Notes: a model not told the origin generated them from the sequence alone. A DNA stretch of 64,000 nucleotides from Promethearchaeota archaeon (GCA_019058295.1 JAHPZI010000022.1:92316-156315); one strand, 5' to 3'; positions 28,572 through 39,404 are shown, numbered from the stretch's first letter. Translations and numbers: made by a program.

Positions 28572-30288
28572 TTAATGGCGTTTGTGCTCTTAAGGCCTTT
28601 TTGTTGATTTTACCAACCTCTGTTAAAGTAATTTCTTCAACAAATTCAAAGATTTTAGGAACCTCGTAAGGAGCACATTTTTCTTTTGCAAATGCAGTAA
28701 TGTCCTCGATGAGTGCTTCTTCATTGCCATCATATTCGTATTTCGAACTTAATTGGATAAATGCTTTTACAAACTCCGAACCTGGGCGATCAGGATTCTT
28801 AACTCCGATTAACGCCATGAGTTCAATAGCAGGATGCTCTGTCAAAATATCTTCAACTTTAGAAGAGAACACTTTAAAACCTCCTACAATTATCATATCC
28901 TTTGTTCTATCTACAACTGTTATAAAACCGTCTTCGTCCATAAACCCGACATCTCCTGTATGGATATATCCATCTTTATCAATCGTATTTGCTGTTTCCT
29001 CTGGTTTGTTATAATAACCTTTCATTACTACTGGACTCTTTACACAAATCTCTCCGGGTTCACCTAAGGGCATTTCTTCACCAGTATCTGTGTCAAGAAT
29101 TTTAAGATCTGTATTTAGAAAGGGAATTCCAACCGTTCCAAGTCTCTTTGGTTTTACAGCGGGATTCATACTAAAGATAGCCACAGTCTCCGTCATTCCC
29201 AAAAGCTCCAGAATCTTATTCTCACCCACAATTGCTTCTAATTGCTTTTGAGCATCAACGGGAAATGGCGATGCTCCAGAGATGCAAATTTCACAATTTG
29301 AATGGTCCAATCTTTTGAATTTTCTCGTATTTATGAGGAGTTGGTATAAACTTGGGACATTTGTTAAAACCTTAGGTCTGTACTTTTTAATCGCATTACA
29401 TATCGTAAGCGTGTCACGAGGATCTGGTAAAAGGACTTGTAACCAAGCATAATTCAAACAATTCATTCCGAATGCTAGACCTCCTATATGGAAAAAGGGA
29501 AAACCAGATATTGCGCATTCACCCCCTTTCTCCATATTTAACCAAGCACTCACTATGCATAAGTTAGCAACGAAATTGCTATGAGTTAACATTGCACCTT
29601 TAGGGGGACCCGTTGTACCTCCTGTGTACATAATGAACGCTAAATCTTGTGGAGAGATATCAACGCTAACTGGATCAGATGAAATTTTTGACATAACATC
29701 ATCCCAAAAATCTAATATCTTAATTCCTTCTAAAGGGGTGATTTTCCCTGAGGGAATCTCTCTGACAGCTCTTATTTTTGCTTGATCTTCTTTAGAAAAG
29801 GATCCTATAACACTAGTCCATACTACAAGTTTTAGCTTCGCTTTTGAAGCTACATTTTTAAGACGAAATTCAAAAATAGCGTCAAGTGTAACGAGAGCCA
29901 CTTGTTTGTCTTCTGCAGCTAAATCATTTATTTGATGGAGCATTTGTAGATCGGACATTAGCGGGGATACTCCAGAAACAATACAACCGGCTTTTAGACC
30001 TCCGAACACAGAGATCAAATATTCAGGTATGTTTGGCAAGTTTATGGCTACTATATCACCCTTCTTAAAACCATTTTCAATTAGCATGTTAGCAAAGATA
30101 TTCGACATTCTATCTAATTCTTCAATTGTTGTCTCCACATTTTGAAAGGACCACGCAATTTCTTTTCCGTAATTCTCAAAAGTATCCTTAAAAATATCAA
30201 GGATAGTTTTATTCCATAACTCCGGGTCTAGGTCCTCACAATGATCGTCCCACGATTTCTTCCAGAATCTTTCACTATAAGTTGGCAT
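28561..30288 (-). CDS. fadD: Long-chain fatty acid--CoA ligase (paralog 1)
   Basis: YTGGTTGPPKG, GMTET, TGD, DRTKDMI, GKINK. Confidence 0.9.
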   Translation of the reverse strand: MPTYSERFWKKSWDDHCEDLDPELWNKTILDIFKDTFENYGKEIAWSFQNVETTIEELDRMSNIFANMLIENGFKKGDIVAINLPNIPEYLISVFGGLKAGCIVSGVSPLMSDLQMLHQINDLAAEDKQVALVTLDAIFEFRLKNVASKAKLKLVVWTSVIGSFSKEDQAKIRAVREIPSGKITPLEGIKILDFWDDVMSKISSDPVSVDISPQDLAFIMYTGGTTGPPKGAMLTHSNFVANLCIVSAWLNMEKGGECAISGFPFFHIGGLAFGMNCLNYAWLQVLLPDPRDTLTICNAIKKYRPKVLTNVPSLYQLLINTRKFKRLDHSNCEICISGASPFPVDAQKQLEAIVGENKILELLGMTETVAIFSMNPAVKPKRLGTVGIPFLNTDLKILDTDTGEEMPLGEPGEICVKSPVVMKGYYNKPEETANTIDKDGYIHTGDVGFMDEDGFITVVDRTKDMIIVGGFKVFSSKVEDILTEHPAIELMALIGVKNPDRPGSEFVKAFIQLSSKYEYDGNEEALIEDITAFAKEKCAPYEVPKIFEFVEEITLTEVGKINKKALRAQTPLINQ

Positions 30289-30408
30289 TTTAGATCATTT
30301 TGTATTAAAATGGATTGTAATAGTAATAATTATAAAACTTAGTTATAAATTTTTACTACGTATAAAATAAAGAAAGAAAAAAAGGAATTTAAAAAATAAT
30401 CAATGTGC

Positions 30409-32130
30409 TTATTGCCTTAATACTTTCTTGTCAATTTTCCCGACAGTTGTCAGTTCTAACTCTTCTTGTATTTCAATTATTTTAGGAACTTCGTAAGGAG
30501 CACAGTTATCTTTCGCAAACTTTATGATATCCTCTTTTAAGGCCTCCTCGTTGCCATCATATTCATAGTCAGGATCTAATTGGATAAAAGCCTTGACAAT
30601 TTCAGAGCCTGGTCGATCAGGATTAGGAATTCCAATCAGCGCAATCATTCCGATCGCAGGATGTTTAGTTAGAGTATCTTCTACTTTCGAAGAAAACACC
30701 TTAAACCCGCTTACAATAATCATGTCCTTAGTACGATCTACAATTCGAAGGTAGCCTTCCTCGTCCATGATTGCCACATCACCAGTATGCATATATCCAT
30801 CAGCGTCAATTGCTTTCTTAGTTTCTTCTGGTTTATTTAAATAACCTTTCATCACCATGGGTCCTCGTACGCAAATCTCTCCAGCTTCTCCTAATGGAAC
30901 TTCTTCTCCCGTATCAGGATCTACCAGTTTTAGTTCTGTATTTAGAAGTGGTAAGCCAATGGAGCCTAATTTCCTTTTTCCTCTATAAGGATTTGCTGTC
31001 GTTAGCGGACTTGTTTCTGTCATTCCGTATACTTCACATAATTTTCCCTCACCGACCATACTTTCTAATTTTTTCTGAGACTCCTTCGGAAATGGTGAAG
31101 CAGCAGAAATGCAAATTTCTAGATTTGAATGATCTAATCTCTTAAATTTTCTAAAATTTAATAAAATCTGAAAAAGTGAAGGTACGTTTACAATACAAGT
31201 TGGTTTATATTGTTTTATTTGATTACATATGTACAGCGCATCTCTTGGGTCTGCCACTAAGCACTGCGTCCATCCCAAATAAATGCAATTCTCACAGAAG
31301 CATAATCCAGCAATATGGAAGAAAGGGAATCCAGATAACGCAACTCCAGTTCCTTTATCCCAACCAAGCCATGTTTGAATGATTAATAGGTCGGATACGA
31401 TATTTCTATGGGTGAGCATTGCTCCTTTAGGAGGGCCTGTAGTTCCTCCAGTGTATTGGATAAAACCTAAATCGTCGGGAGATATTTTAACATCTGGATC
31501 TTCAGTTGAATACTTTGCTAAAACATCATCATGATAATCTAGAACTGTTTTTCCTTCTAACGGAGTAACCTCTCCCGAAGGAATATCTCTTACAGCTTTA
31601 ATTTTCGCTTGGTCTTCCTTTGAAAAAGAACCAATGACGCTTGTTGTTATTACAAGTTTCAGCTGTGGCAATTTTTTTTCAATATTTTTCAATCTATGCT
31701 GAAAAATGGCATCTAACGTAACTAGTGCTATATTATTTCCGCTACTTCCTAAGTCGTTTATTTGATAATGCATTTGAACATCTGACATAAGTGGGCTTAC
31801 TCCCGAAACAACACATCCTGCCTTAAGCGTGCCGACAAAAGAGTATACGTATTCGGGAATATTTGGTAAATTTATTCCTACAACATCGCCTTTCTTAAAT
31901 CCATTTTCAATTAACATATTGGCAAATTGATTAGAATATTTATCTAAATCGGCGAATGTAATTTCGAGGCCCTGAAATGCCAACGCAACTTTATCTGGAA
32001 GATTTTTAAGTGAATTTCTAATCGCATCAGGATAAGATGTTTCAAATAATTTAGGATCTATATCGTCCAGTCCTTCATCCCATGATTTTTTCCAGAATCT
32101 TTCACTATATTTTGACATAATAATATACAC
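30409..32130 (-). CDS. fadD: Long-chain fatty acid--CoA ligase (paralog 2)
   Basis: YTGGTTGPPKG, YGMTETSP, TGD, GKIDK; likely start at ATG 32118. Confidence 0.9.
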   Translation of the reverse strand: MYIIMSKYSERFWKKSWDEGLDDIDPKLFETSYPDAIRNSLKNLPDKVALAFQGLEITFADLDKYSNQFANMLIENGFKKGDVVGINLPNIPEYVYSFVGTLKAGCVVSGVSPLMSDVQMHYQINDLGSSGNNIALVTLDAIFQHRLKNIEKKLPQLKLVITTSVIGSFSKEDQAKIKAVRDIPSGEVTPLEGKTVLDYHDDVLAKYSTEDPDVKISPDDLGFIQYTGGTTGPPKGAMLTHRNIVSDLLIIQTWLGWDKGTGVALSGFPFFHIAGLCFCENCIYLGWTQCLVADPRDALYICNQIKQYKPTCIVNVPSLFQILLNFRKFKRLDHSNLEICISAASPFPKESQKKLESMVGEGKLCEVYGMTETSPLTTANPYRGKRKLGSIGLPLLNTELKLVDPDTGEEVPLGEAGEICVRGPMVMKGYLNKPEETKKAIDADGYMHTGDVAIMDEEGYLRIVDRTKDMIIVSGFKVFSSKVEDTLTKHPAIGMIALIGIPNPDRPGSEIVKAFIQLDPDYEYDGNEEALKEDIIKFAKDNCAPYEVPKIIEIQEELELTTVGKIDKKVLRQ

Positions 32131-32325
32131 AATTATTTTTATTAGATAAATTTAGCTTGTTATAACTTATATTGATATGATTAGTTATAAAGATTTTATT
32201 TTAATAGAATTAATTTTTTGAGAGGTTATCAAAATTATTAAAAATGTTAAAAGCTATTAACAGATTTTAATAAAAGTCTTTAACAAATTTTAACAATCTG
32301 AATAATATTTGTATTAATGTAATTT

Positions 32326-32625
32326 TTATAACGATTGTTTTATTTCACTTAGTTTTGTTTGGAAATTCTCAATATCCATTTTAGATATTATATTGTCATT
32401 TATTTTAATAATTAATTTTAAAAAATCCTTAATTAAGGGATGTTCTACAACAGTAGTAGTTTGATTTAATGTGTTAACATCAAAAATCAGGGCAGAATCT
32501 AATATCTCACCAGTTCCAAGTATATCCCTTAATACTAATTCACAGTTTTCTGTATAGCTTAATATTGTAATATCCTCCCCGATTTGAGAACCATCGTTTT
32601 TTTTTATTATTTTAAATTCACACAT
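32326..32625 (-). CDS. cooT: CooT-family nickel-binding protein
   Basis: N-terminal MC, ED, LRDILG; divergent from the cdh genes. Confidence 0.75.
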   Translation of the reverse strand: MCEFKIIKKNDGSQIGEDITILSYTENCELVLRDILGTGEILDSALIFDVNTLNQTTTVVEHPLIKDFLKLIIKINDNIISKMDIENFQTKLSEIKQSL

Positions 32626-32768
32626 ATTTGATTTTTCCCTCTTTTTTAAAATCTATATTTTTTTATATAGTTTAATTTGAGAAAAACAAATTTTTTAATT
32701 TATTTTAAATAAACCTAAGTATAACAATAGTTTTAAATAATTAAATAAAACTGAAAAAACTACGAAAA

Positions 32769-33311
32769 TTGATAGAAATGGCAAGACCGTATCAAAAAGC
32801 GAACATACCAGGGCCAGAAATGGGTACATCCGTCTCTGACCCAAAAGTCATGGCAAATCTTTTAAAATCACCTGACAAGAGGAAAGTATTTGTTATTGGT
32901 GCAGAATCGTTGACATGGGAACTCGACGGGAAAAAAGTTGCAGATTACTTTATTGAAATTGCTAATAAATTAGATTGCGATGTAGTTGCTACAGGACATG
33001 CGTATAGTTATTTAAAGGGGAAAATTAATGCTGACAAACTATACGATATGTCATTGATAAACATTACAGGAAGACTAGTCGATATGGACTGGACGGGTTT
33101 AGATGGTGCGGGACAATATGAAATGGCGTTTTTTGGGGGTCATATAGTATATTATGTGTCCCAGACGTTGAGCCGAATTAAGAACTTTTCAAATTGGGTA
33201 AAAACAATAGACCTTGATAAGTATAGCCATCCAAATGCTCGTTTTAGCTTACCTAATTTAAGCGAAGCTGAATGGAAAACATTTTTAGAAAAAGTAATTG
33301 AATTATTATAA
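32769..33311 (+). CDS. cdhB: CO dehydrogenase/acetyl-CoA synthase epsilon subunit
   Basis: PYQ.ANIPGP, W.GLDG.GQY, YYVSQ.LS.IKNF, HPNA.FSLPNL. Confidence 0.9.
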   Translation: MIEMARPYQKANIPGPEMGTSVSDPKVMANLLKSPDKRKVFVIGAESLTWELDGKKVADYFIEIANKLDCDVVATGHAYSYLKGKINADKLYDMSLINITGRLVDMDWTGLDGAGQYEMAFFGGHIVYYVSQTLSRIKNFSNWVKTIDLDKYSHPNARFSLPNLSEAEWKTFLEKVIELL

Positions 33312-33354
33312 AATAAATATAAGAAAGAAATAAAAATATGAGGAGATTTATGAT

Positions 33355-34779
33355 ATGAGTTTCGAATTTTTTGGAGGAACGAGTCCAGTCGATGTGGGTC
33401 CAGTATACGAAGGTGAACGGATTAGAGGAAAGCAAATGTATATCGAATTCGGTGGTCCAAAGGTGGAAAAACATTTTGAACTCTGCCGCGTTAACCAAGA
33501 TGCTACCGACGGAAAAGTAACAATTATTGGTCCAGACATTAAAGATATGGAAGAAGGATCTAGCGTTCCAATAGGCATTCACATAGAAGTTGCAGGACCT
33601 CAGTTGGAGGAAGACCTAGAAGCGGTATTCGAAAGAAGAATTCACGAGTTTTGTAACTTTGTTAATGGTATTATGCATCTCAACCAGAGATATACAAACT
33701 GGATGAGACTTAGTAAAACAGCTTACGAAAAGGGATTTGATTCGCTTAATATATTAGGGGCTATTTTAATTCGACTTTTCAAGGCTGAATTGCCAATAAT
33801 CGAAAAAGCGCAAGTTACATTTTATACGGATGCAGAAAAAATTAAAGAACCACATGCTATGGCAATGAAAGTTTATAATGCTAGGGATGAAAGAGCTCGC
33901 GGTTTGCATGACGAAGATGTAGATATGTATTACGGCTGTGTTTTATGCCAAAGCTTCGCCCCAACTCATGCGTGTTGTATAACTCCAGACAGAACATCTC
34001 TTTGTGGGAGTATTAATTGGTTTGATGCAAGAGCTGCAGCAAAAGTTGATCCTAAAGGACCTCTTTACGAAGTTCCACCAGGAGAATGCCTTGATGCTTT
34101 TGCTGGAGAATTTTCGGGAGTTAACGATATGATAAAAAAGCGCTCTCTAGGAGAAATTTCGCGTATCTATCTTTACTCCGGTATGGAATTTCCACATACT
34201 TCGTGTGGGTGTTTCGAAGCTATTGATTTTTTTATTCCAGAAACAGGAGTAGGACATGGTATTATTGACCGAAGTCATAATGGTGTGGCACTAAATGGAC
34301 TTCCATTTAGTGCGATGGCAAACCAAACTGGAGGGGGCAAACAAATGCCTGGTTTTAATGGAATAAGTATCCAATACATCCTTTCACCAAAATTTCAGCA
34401 ATATGATGGTGGAATTAAGATGGTTGTTTGGATGGGGAAGACAGTGAAGGACCGAATATATGAGTTACTCCCTGAAGATTTAAGAGATAAGATTGCTACT
34501 GAAGAGGATGTTAGTGATCTAAACGATTTACCTGCTTGGTTAGAAAAAGTGAAGCATCCAATCATAGAGACTGAAGAATACAAAGCTGCTGTTGCTGGGG
34601 TAGAAGAAGAAGAGGAATGGGAAGAAGAAGGAGCGATGATGCCTGTAGGAACTGTTGGAATGACGATTCCTGGCGTTGGAGGCGCAGGTGGATTTAAGGT
34701 GATATTGAAGAATTGCAAGATTCATGCGGAGAGCATTATAATCAAGAAAATCGAATCTAGAAGGGGCAAGAAGAAATAA
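33355..34779 (+). CDS. cdhC: Acetyl-CoA synthase (ACDS beta subunit)
   Basis: YEGERIR, CVLCQSFAPTH, HTSCGCFE, GGGKQ.PGF, acidic linker and ILKN.KI.AE C-terminal domain. Confidence 0.95.
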   Translation: MSFEFFGGTSPVDVGPVYEGERIRGKQMYIEFGGPKVEKHFELCRVNQDATDGKVTIIGPDIKDMEEGSSVPIGIHIEVAGPQLEEDLEAVFERRIHEFCNFVNGIMHLNQRYTNWMRLSKTAYEKGFDSLNILGAILIRLFKAELPIIEKAQVTFYTDAEKIKEPHAMAMKVYNARDERARGLHDEDVDMYYGCVLCQSFAPTHACCITPDRTSLCGSINWFDARAAAKVDPKGPLYEVPPGECLDAFAGEFSGVNDMIKKRSLGEISRIYLYSGMEFPHTSCGCFEAIDFFIPETGVGHGIIDRSHNGVALNGLPFSAMANQTGGGKQMPGFNGISIQYILSPKFQQYDGGIKMVVWMGKTVKDRIYELLPEDLRDKIATEEDVSDLNDLPAWLEKVKHPIIETEEYKAAVAGVEEEEEWEEEGAMMPVGTVGMTIPGVGGAGGFKVILKNCKIHAESIIIKKIESRRGKKK

Positions 34780-34905
34780 ATTTTTTTATTTTACTTTTTT
34801 TTTACTTTTACTATTTTACTTTTTTTGAAATACTTTTATATAAAATAGATATAAAAAAGATGCTTTAATTCAAAAGCATAAATCATTTTCTAACGAAAAA
34901 AAGTT

Positions 34906-35370
34906 TTATATATAATACCCAGTGCTATCTTCCGTGTATTTATTTTTATCGTCGTCGTTCTCGTCATCGTCGTCATGTTTACCCATCATTTTTTTATAAA
35001 ATGCTTTAATAATATCTTCTGGATCAGCGTTGGGATCAAGATCTTTAAAATCTCTTGGATCAATTTTGATAATTCCGCCTTGCTTAAATGGAACAAATTT
35101 ACTACGCATTTCCCTTTCTAATCTTTCTTCTCGCTTGGATTTCAGACTTAATTCTTTTTTCATTAATTCTTTTAATTCGTCAGCAACAATTTTATCTAAC
35201 TCGTCATTTTCGAGTTCTAATAACATATCATTCCCTAAAGTTTTAGTAAGTCGTTTAATGGCTTTTTCTCGTTTAATTTCTGAAATTTGACTTATAGAGT
35301 TTAAATTTAAAAGATTTAAGATATTAAGCCAATCTAGTTTAATTGTCCAAGAAAATTCTTTTTCTGACAT
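34906..35370 (-). CDS. Hypothetical protein with acidic C-terminal tail
   Basis: 154-aa ORF; no family recognised. Confidence 0.7.
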   Translation of the reverse strand: MSEKEFSWTIKLDWLNILNLLNLNSISQISEIKREKAIKRLTKTLGNDMLLELENDELDKIVADELKELMKKELSLKSKREERLEREMRSKFVPFKQGGIIKIDPRDFKDLDPNADPEDIIKAFYKKMMGKHDDDDENDDDKNKYTEDSTGYYI

Positions 35371-35479
35371 ATTTTTAAATATTTTATTTTACAATTATAA
35401 TAATCTATTATTTTAGTTAAATTTTTTTTTATCCGTTAAGATAAACTCATTTGATAAATATATATTTAACCATTTTAAT

Positions 35480-35551
35480 CTATAAATGTAAATCGTTGGC
35501 AAATGAGGGCTATAAATGTATTCTCATCTATTTTAAATTCGCCTATAAATG
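35480..35551. repeat. Three direct repeats of CTATAAATG (spacing 30 and 33 bp)
   Basis: Copies at 35480, 35510 and 35543 in a non-coding stretch. Confidence 0.5.
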
Positions 35552-35631
35552 AAATTAGTTCAAAAAGATTTGATTAAATTAATGAAATAGATAAAATAGA
35601 CAAAATAGATAAGATACGCAAATATCTGGGT

Positions 35632-35856
35632 TTAAGTAAAATAATGTTTAAAGGATTTTCTGAAGTCATCTATATATTCATTGTCAATTTCACCGAATTT
35701 TTTATTACTAAATCTACGACCAAGTGCCCTATTTTGTGTCCGTTCTTTAAGAATGGATATGTAGTGTTTAAAAGATCTCTCAAAATCACCAATATTTAAG
35801 CTATTGACCTCTGCGAATTTAACGAGCCCGAAACGATTTAATAAATCTTCAGTCAT
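35632..35856 (-). CDS. Small hypothetical protein with an internal repeat
   Basis: 74 aa; IGDFERSFKHY and IDDFRKSFKHY repeated at the protein level. Confidence 0.5.
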   Translation of the reverse strand: MTEDLLNRFGLVKFAEVNSLNIGDFERSFKHYISILKERTQNRALGRRFSNKKFGEIDNEYIDDFRKSFKHYFT

Positions 35857-36154
35857 TTTTCATTTTCACTTCCTATCGTTATTTTCGTTTTGTTCAAATG
35901 ATTAATTAATTAATTAAATAAACATTTTTTTTTTTAATTTTTATAAAAGATGACGATTTCATATTTAAATATAATACTAATCTCCAGAATATCAGAGTTA
36001 GATAATTATTTATATTTATATTTTTAAAATCCACAAAAATTAGAATTTTTTTTTGAATTTGGTTAAATTTTATTGACATTAAATAATTAAGAGAAAAAGG
36101 GATAAAAAACAGTTAAATATAAAATACAACTTAATTTCTAGGAGTTGAATCGAA

Positions 36155-37093
36155 ATGAGTAGAAAAGTAGATGATAAGACTTATTTAAGTTATTTATTAC
36201 AATCTTTAAACGTAGATGATTTAAAACAAATTTGCCGAGATTTTGAAATCAAAGGTTTTTCAAAATTAACTAAAGCAAAATTAATTGAATTTATTCTTGA
36301 TTCTTTAGCTGAGGAAGAAATAAGGGAATTATTAAAACAGAAGGAATTAGAAATATTATCAAAAGAAATTGATCTAGCATTTAAAAAAATTACTGGTGAA
36401 GACAGAGAATCAATAAGTGCAATTAAGATAGTAAATCCAGAGAATCATGAGATTGAGATGGTGTTTAAAGGTTTTAATTGGGAGATTACGTCATTTCTGT
36501 CTATAACAAAAAAGAATATCGAAAATCCTGAAAGAGATTGTGATTGTCGAATAGGATCAAATATGGGTTTCTGCAATCATTTCTGGATTGGTTTCATCTT
36601 TTCCTTAAAAGAAGGTTATTTTAAACTCTCTGATTGGACATTAACATTATTACCGGATGATTTTGAGGAAAAAATTAAGTCAATAAAATTATCTAAAGGT
36701 GAGATTGGAGAGGAAAAAGCCGAATCAGTAAGTCTGGTTGATGAGAGCTCAGATTCTTTTCAATTAATGGGATATATTGACAAAAGCATAACGGTTTATG
36801 AAGGCGTAGTAGAAGATATTCTTGAAAGACAGCAAGATTTTCAAGGAAATATAACAGTGTATTATGTGGTTACGTTAAAGAATGCTAGATTCGGTCCAAG
36901 AGTACAGAAAAAAAGCGATTTCCGTGAAGAAGATATTGAAAAAATAGAGATATTAAAATTAAGAATAAGCGAAAAACTGTATACTGAGCATAATTTAAAA
37001 GAAGGAGATAATATTGGAGGAAATGGAAAATTAACAAAAGATATCATTCTAGGTTTTATCGTGAAGAATATTAGAAAAATTGAAAAAATATAA
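36155..37093 (+). CDS. Rho-N/SAP-like helix-extension-helix + SWIM zinc-finger protein
   Basis: LNVDDLKQICRDFEIKGFSKLTKAKLIEFI; CDC-x7-CNH (SWIM-like); beta-rich, possibly OB-like C-terminus. Confidence 0.7.
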   Translation: MSRKVDDKTYLSYLLQSLNVDDLKQICRDFEIKGFSKLTKAKLIEFILDSLAEEEIRELLKQKELEILSKEIDLAFKKITGEDRESISAIKIVNPENHEIEMVFKGFNWEITSFLSITKKNIENPERDCDCRIGSNMGFCNHFWIGFIFSLKEGYFKLSDWTLTLLPDDFEEKIKSIKLSKGEIGEEKAESVSLVDESSDSFQLMGYIDKSITVYEGVVEDILERQQDFQGNITVYYVVTLKNARFGPRVQKKSDFREEDIEKIEILKLRISEKLYTEHNLKEGDNIGGNGKLTKDIILGFIVKNIRKIEKI

Positions 37094-37108
37094 AATTTTA
37101 CGATTATC

Positions 37109-37900
37109 ATGGCTAGAACATATATAATGGCAAGACATTCTGCAGGTAATTCGATATATACTTATGAATTTATTGTTGTTATTATTATTTTGATTATTTT
37201 AATACTTTTTTGGAAGTTAAAAGATGATAGAAATTCGCTAATCGTTTACATTATTACAGGTATTATAGAAACAATCATTGAATTACTAGCGAGCATATCT
37301 GGAATTCGAACAATTGAAGAGACATATTTATTTGGAGTATTTTATGTTGGATTTCCCTTACTACAAATAATTATGGGATTTTTTGAGGGAGGTGTTATAT
37401 GTATAATAGCATATCACCTAATACAGGGAATACTGCTAAAAAACAAACTTTCTTTAAAGTTTTCACTCAGTTATCTCATAGTTACAACTATTATAATGAT
37501 GTTTTCAAGAGTGAGTGTATTTTTCAATGTATCACAAGATTCTAATAGCATTACAAGGAGAGAAATCTTTTCATTAGGCTCAATTATACTTCTTATTAGT
37601 TGTTATTTAGTTTCTTTTGGGTATTTCTTTCTAAATAAAAAGATTAATAAAAGAGACCGAATAAGTTTTTTGCTATGGTATTTATTTATTATAGCTGTAT
37701 ATTTTCCAGTGTTTCTAATCTCTCATATTACAATGACTCGTTTTATTGAAATTGAGCAAAATGGAACATATAAAGTAGCCCCTTTATTAGAACAAATTCT
37801 TGTCTTATATGTCTATGGCTTAGGATTAGAAGCAGGAGGTTTATTCCTCCCTTTTTACGTTATTATTCATCATTTTGATTTAATAGATCTTAGTGATTAG
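37109..37900 (+). CDS. Hypothetical membrane protein
   Basis: About 7 hydrophobic segments. Confidence 0.7.
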   Translation: MARTYIMARHSAGNSIYTYEFIVVIIILIILILFWKLKDDRNSLIVYIITGIIETIIELLASISGIRTIEETYLFGVFYVGFPLLQIIMGFFEGGVICIIAYHLIQGILLKNKLSLKFSLSYLIVTTIIMMFSRVSVFFNVSQDSNSITRREIFSLGSIILLISCYLVSFGYFFLNKKINKRDRISFLLWYLFIIAVYFPVFLISHITMTRFIEIEQNGTYKVAPLLEQILVLYVYGLGLEAGGLFLPFYVIIHHFDLIDLSD

Positions 37901-38018
37901 AATAATTTGTTTTCTAAAGGCAAAATCCATAAAAGAATTGCATATTTATTAAGTAGTGAAAGCGTAAATTTTGCTATTTATTGGATAATAGATTTTTTTA
38001 GAATAAAGTGTAATTATT

Positions 38019-39404
38019 ATGGAAAATATTGAACCTAAATCTGGTTTTGTTAATGATATTAATATGATTTTAGCTACGGACTTTTATCAGTTAACTATGG
38101 GTGCAGCATACTATCAATATAATCTTGAAAACAATATCAGTGAAAAAGATGATATAGCTATTTTTGAATTTTTTATTAGAAAATTCCCTAAAAATCGTAA
38201 TTATTTAATTTTTGCTGGTTTAGAACAAGCTGTCCATTATCTAAAGAATGCCAGATTTACTAAAAGAACCATTGAGTTTTTAAGAAATAAAGATGTATTT
38301 AAAAAAATCGATCCCAGCTTTTTTGATGAGTTCCTACCAAAATTCAAATTTATTCTGGATGTGTGGGCAATGAAAGAAGGGAATTTCTTTTTTCCTAACG
38401 AGCCTATTATGAGAATTCAAGGACCTATATTCCATGCTCAAATAGCTGAAACTTATTTGCTTAATGTTATTAATTTTCAAACTTTAGTCGCATCGAAGGC
38501 TTCAAGGATAAAAAACGTAGCCCAAGATAAGGTTCTTCTGGAATTTGGTACGAGAAGATCACATAGTCCTCTAGCAGGGGTTTATGCCGCAAGAGCTAGT
38601 TATATAGCAGGTTTTAACGGAACAAGTAATGTAGTTGCAGATCTTGAATTGGGAATTAATTCAACTGGCACTATGGCACATAGTTATGTTCAAAAATTTG
38701 AAAAAGAGATTGATAGTTTCCACTCTTATTATGATATTTATGATGAAAATTCAATTCTACTAATTGATACTTATGATACTGAAAAGGCGGCTCAAAAATG
38801 TAGAGAATTTGGTAATAAAATAAGAGGTGTAAGGATTGACTCTGGAGATCTTATTGAACATTCCCGAAAAGTGAGAAAAATTTTGGATGAAAATGGTTGT
38901 GAGAAAGTATTAATTGTCGCAAGCTCTGATTTAAACGAATATAAAATAAAGGAAATTATAGAAAAAAAAGCACCCATAGATGCTTTTGGTGTTGGAACAG
39001 AATTAGCCACTTCTCGCGATGATCCAACCATTTCTGGAGTGTATAAATTAATGGAATATAATAGTAAGCCTAGAATAAAAATTAGCGAAGAAAAAATAAC
39101 CTATCCAGGTATAAAACAAGTCTTCAGGATATATGATAAAAATGGAATATTTAAAGAAGACATTTTAGCGCTGAGTGAAGAAGCTCCCCCCTCTAATTCC
39201 GAGGCATTATTAATACCTGTTATGAAAAATGGAAAATTAGTGGACGAATTACCAAAATTAGATGAAATTCAGCAATATTATTTAAACAATATAAAAAAAT
39301 TACCCGATCAATACAAAACCTTAAAAGAAACTGACATTTTTAAACTGAAAATTTCTGAACAATTAAAAAAATTAACAAAATCCCTCAAAGAGAAATACAT
39401 TTAA
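38019..39404 (+). CDS. pncB: Nicotinate phosphoribosyltransferase
   Basis: TDFYQLTM, EFGTRR, GTMAHS, LIDTYD, GVRIDSGD, FGVGT, VYKL. Confidence 0.95.
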   Translation: MENIEPKSGFVNDINMILATDFYQLTMGAAYYQYNLENNISEKDDIAIFEFFIRKFPKNRNYLIFAGLEQAVHYLKNARFTKRTIEFLRNKDVFKKIDPSFFDEFLPKFKFILDVWAMKEGNFFFPNEPIMRIQGPIFHAQIAETYLLNVINFQTLVASKASRIKNVAQDKVLLEFGTRRSHSPLAGVYAARASYIAGFNGTSNVVADLELGINSTGTMAHSYVQKFEKEIDSFHSYYDIYDENSILLIDTYDTEKAAQKCREFGNKIRGVRIDSGDLIEHSRKVRKILDENGCEKVLIVASSDLNEYKIKEIIEKKAPIDAFGVGTELATSRDDPTISGVYKLMEYNSKPRIKISEEKITYPGIKQVFRIYDKNGIFKEDILALSEEAPPSNSEALLIPVMKNGKLVDELPKLDEIQQYYLNNIKKLPDQYKTLKETDIFKLKISEQLKKLTKSLKEKYI

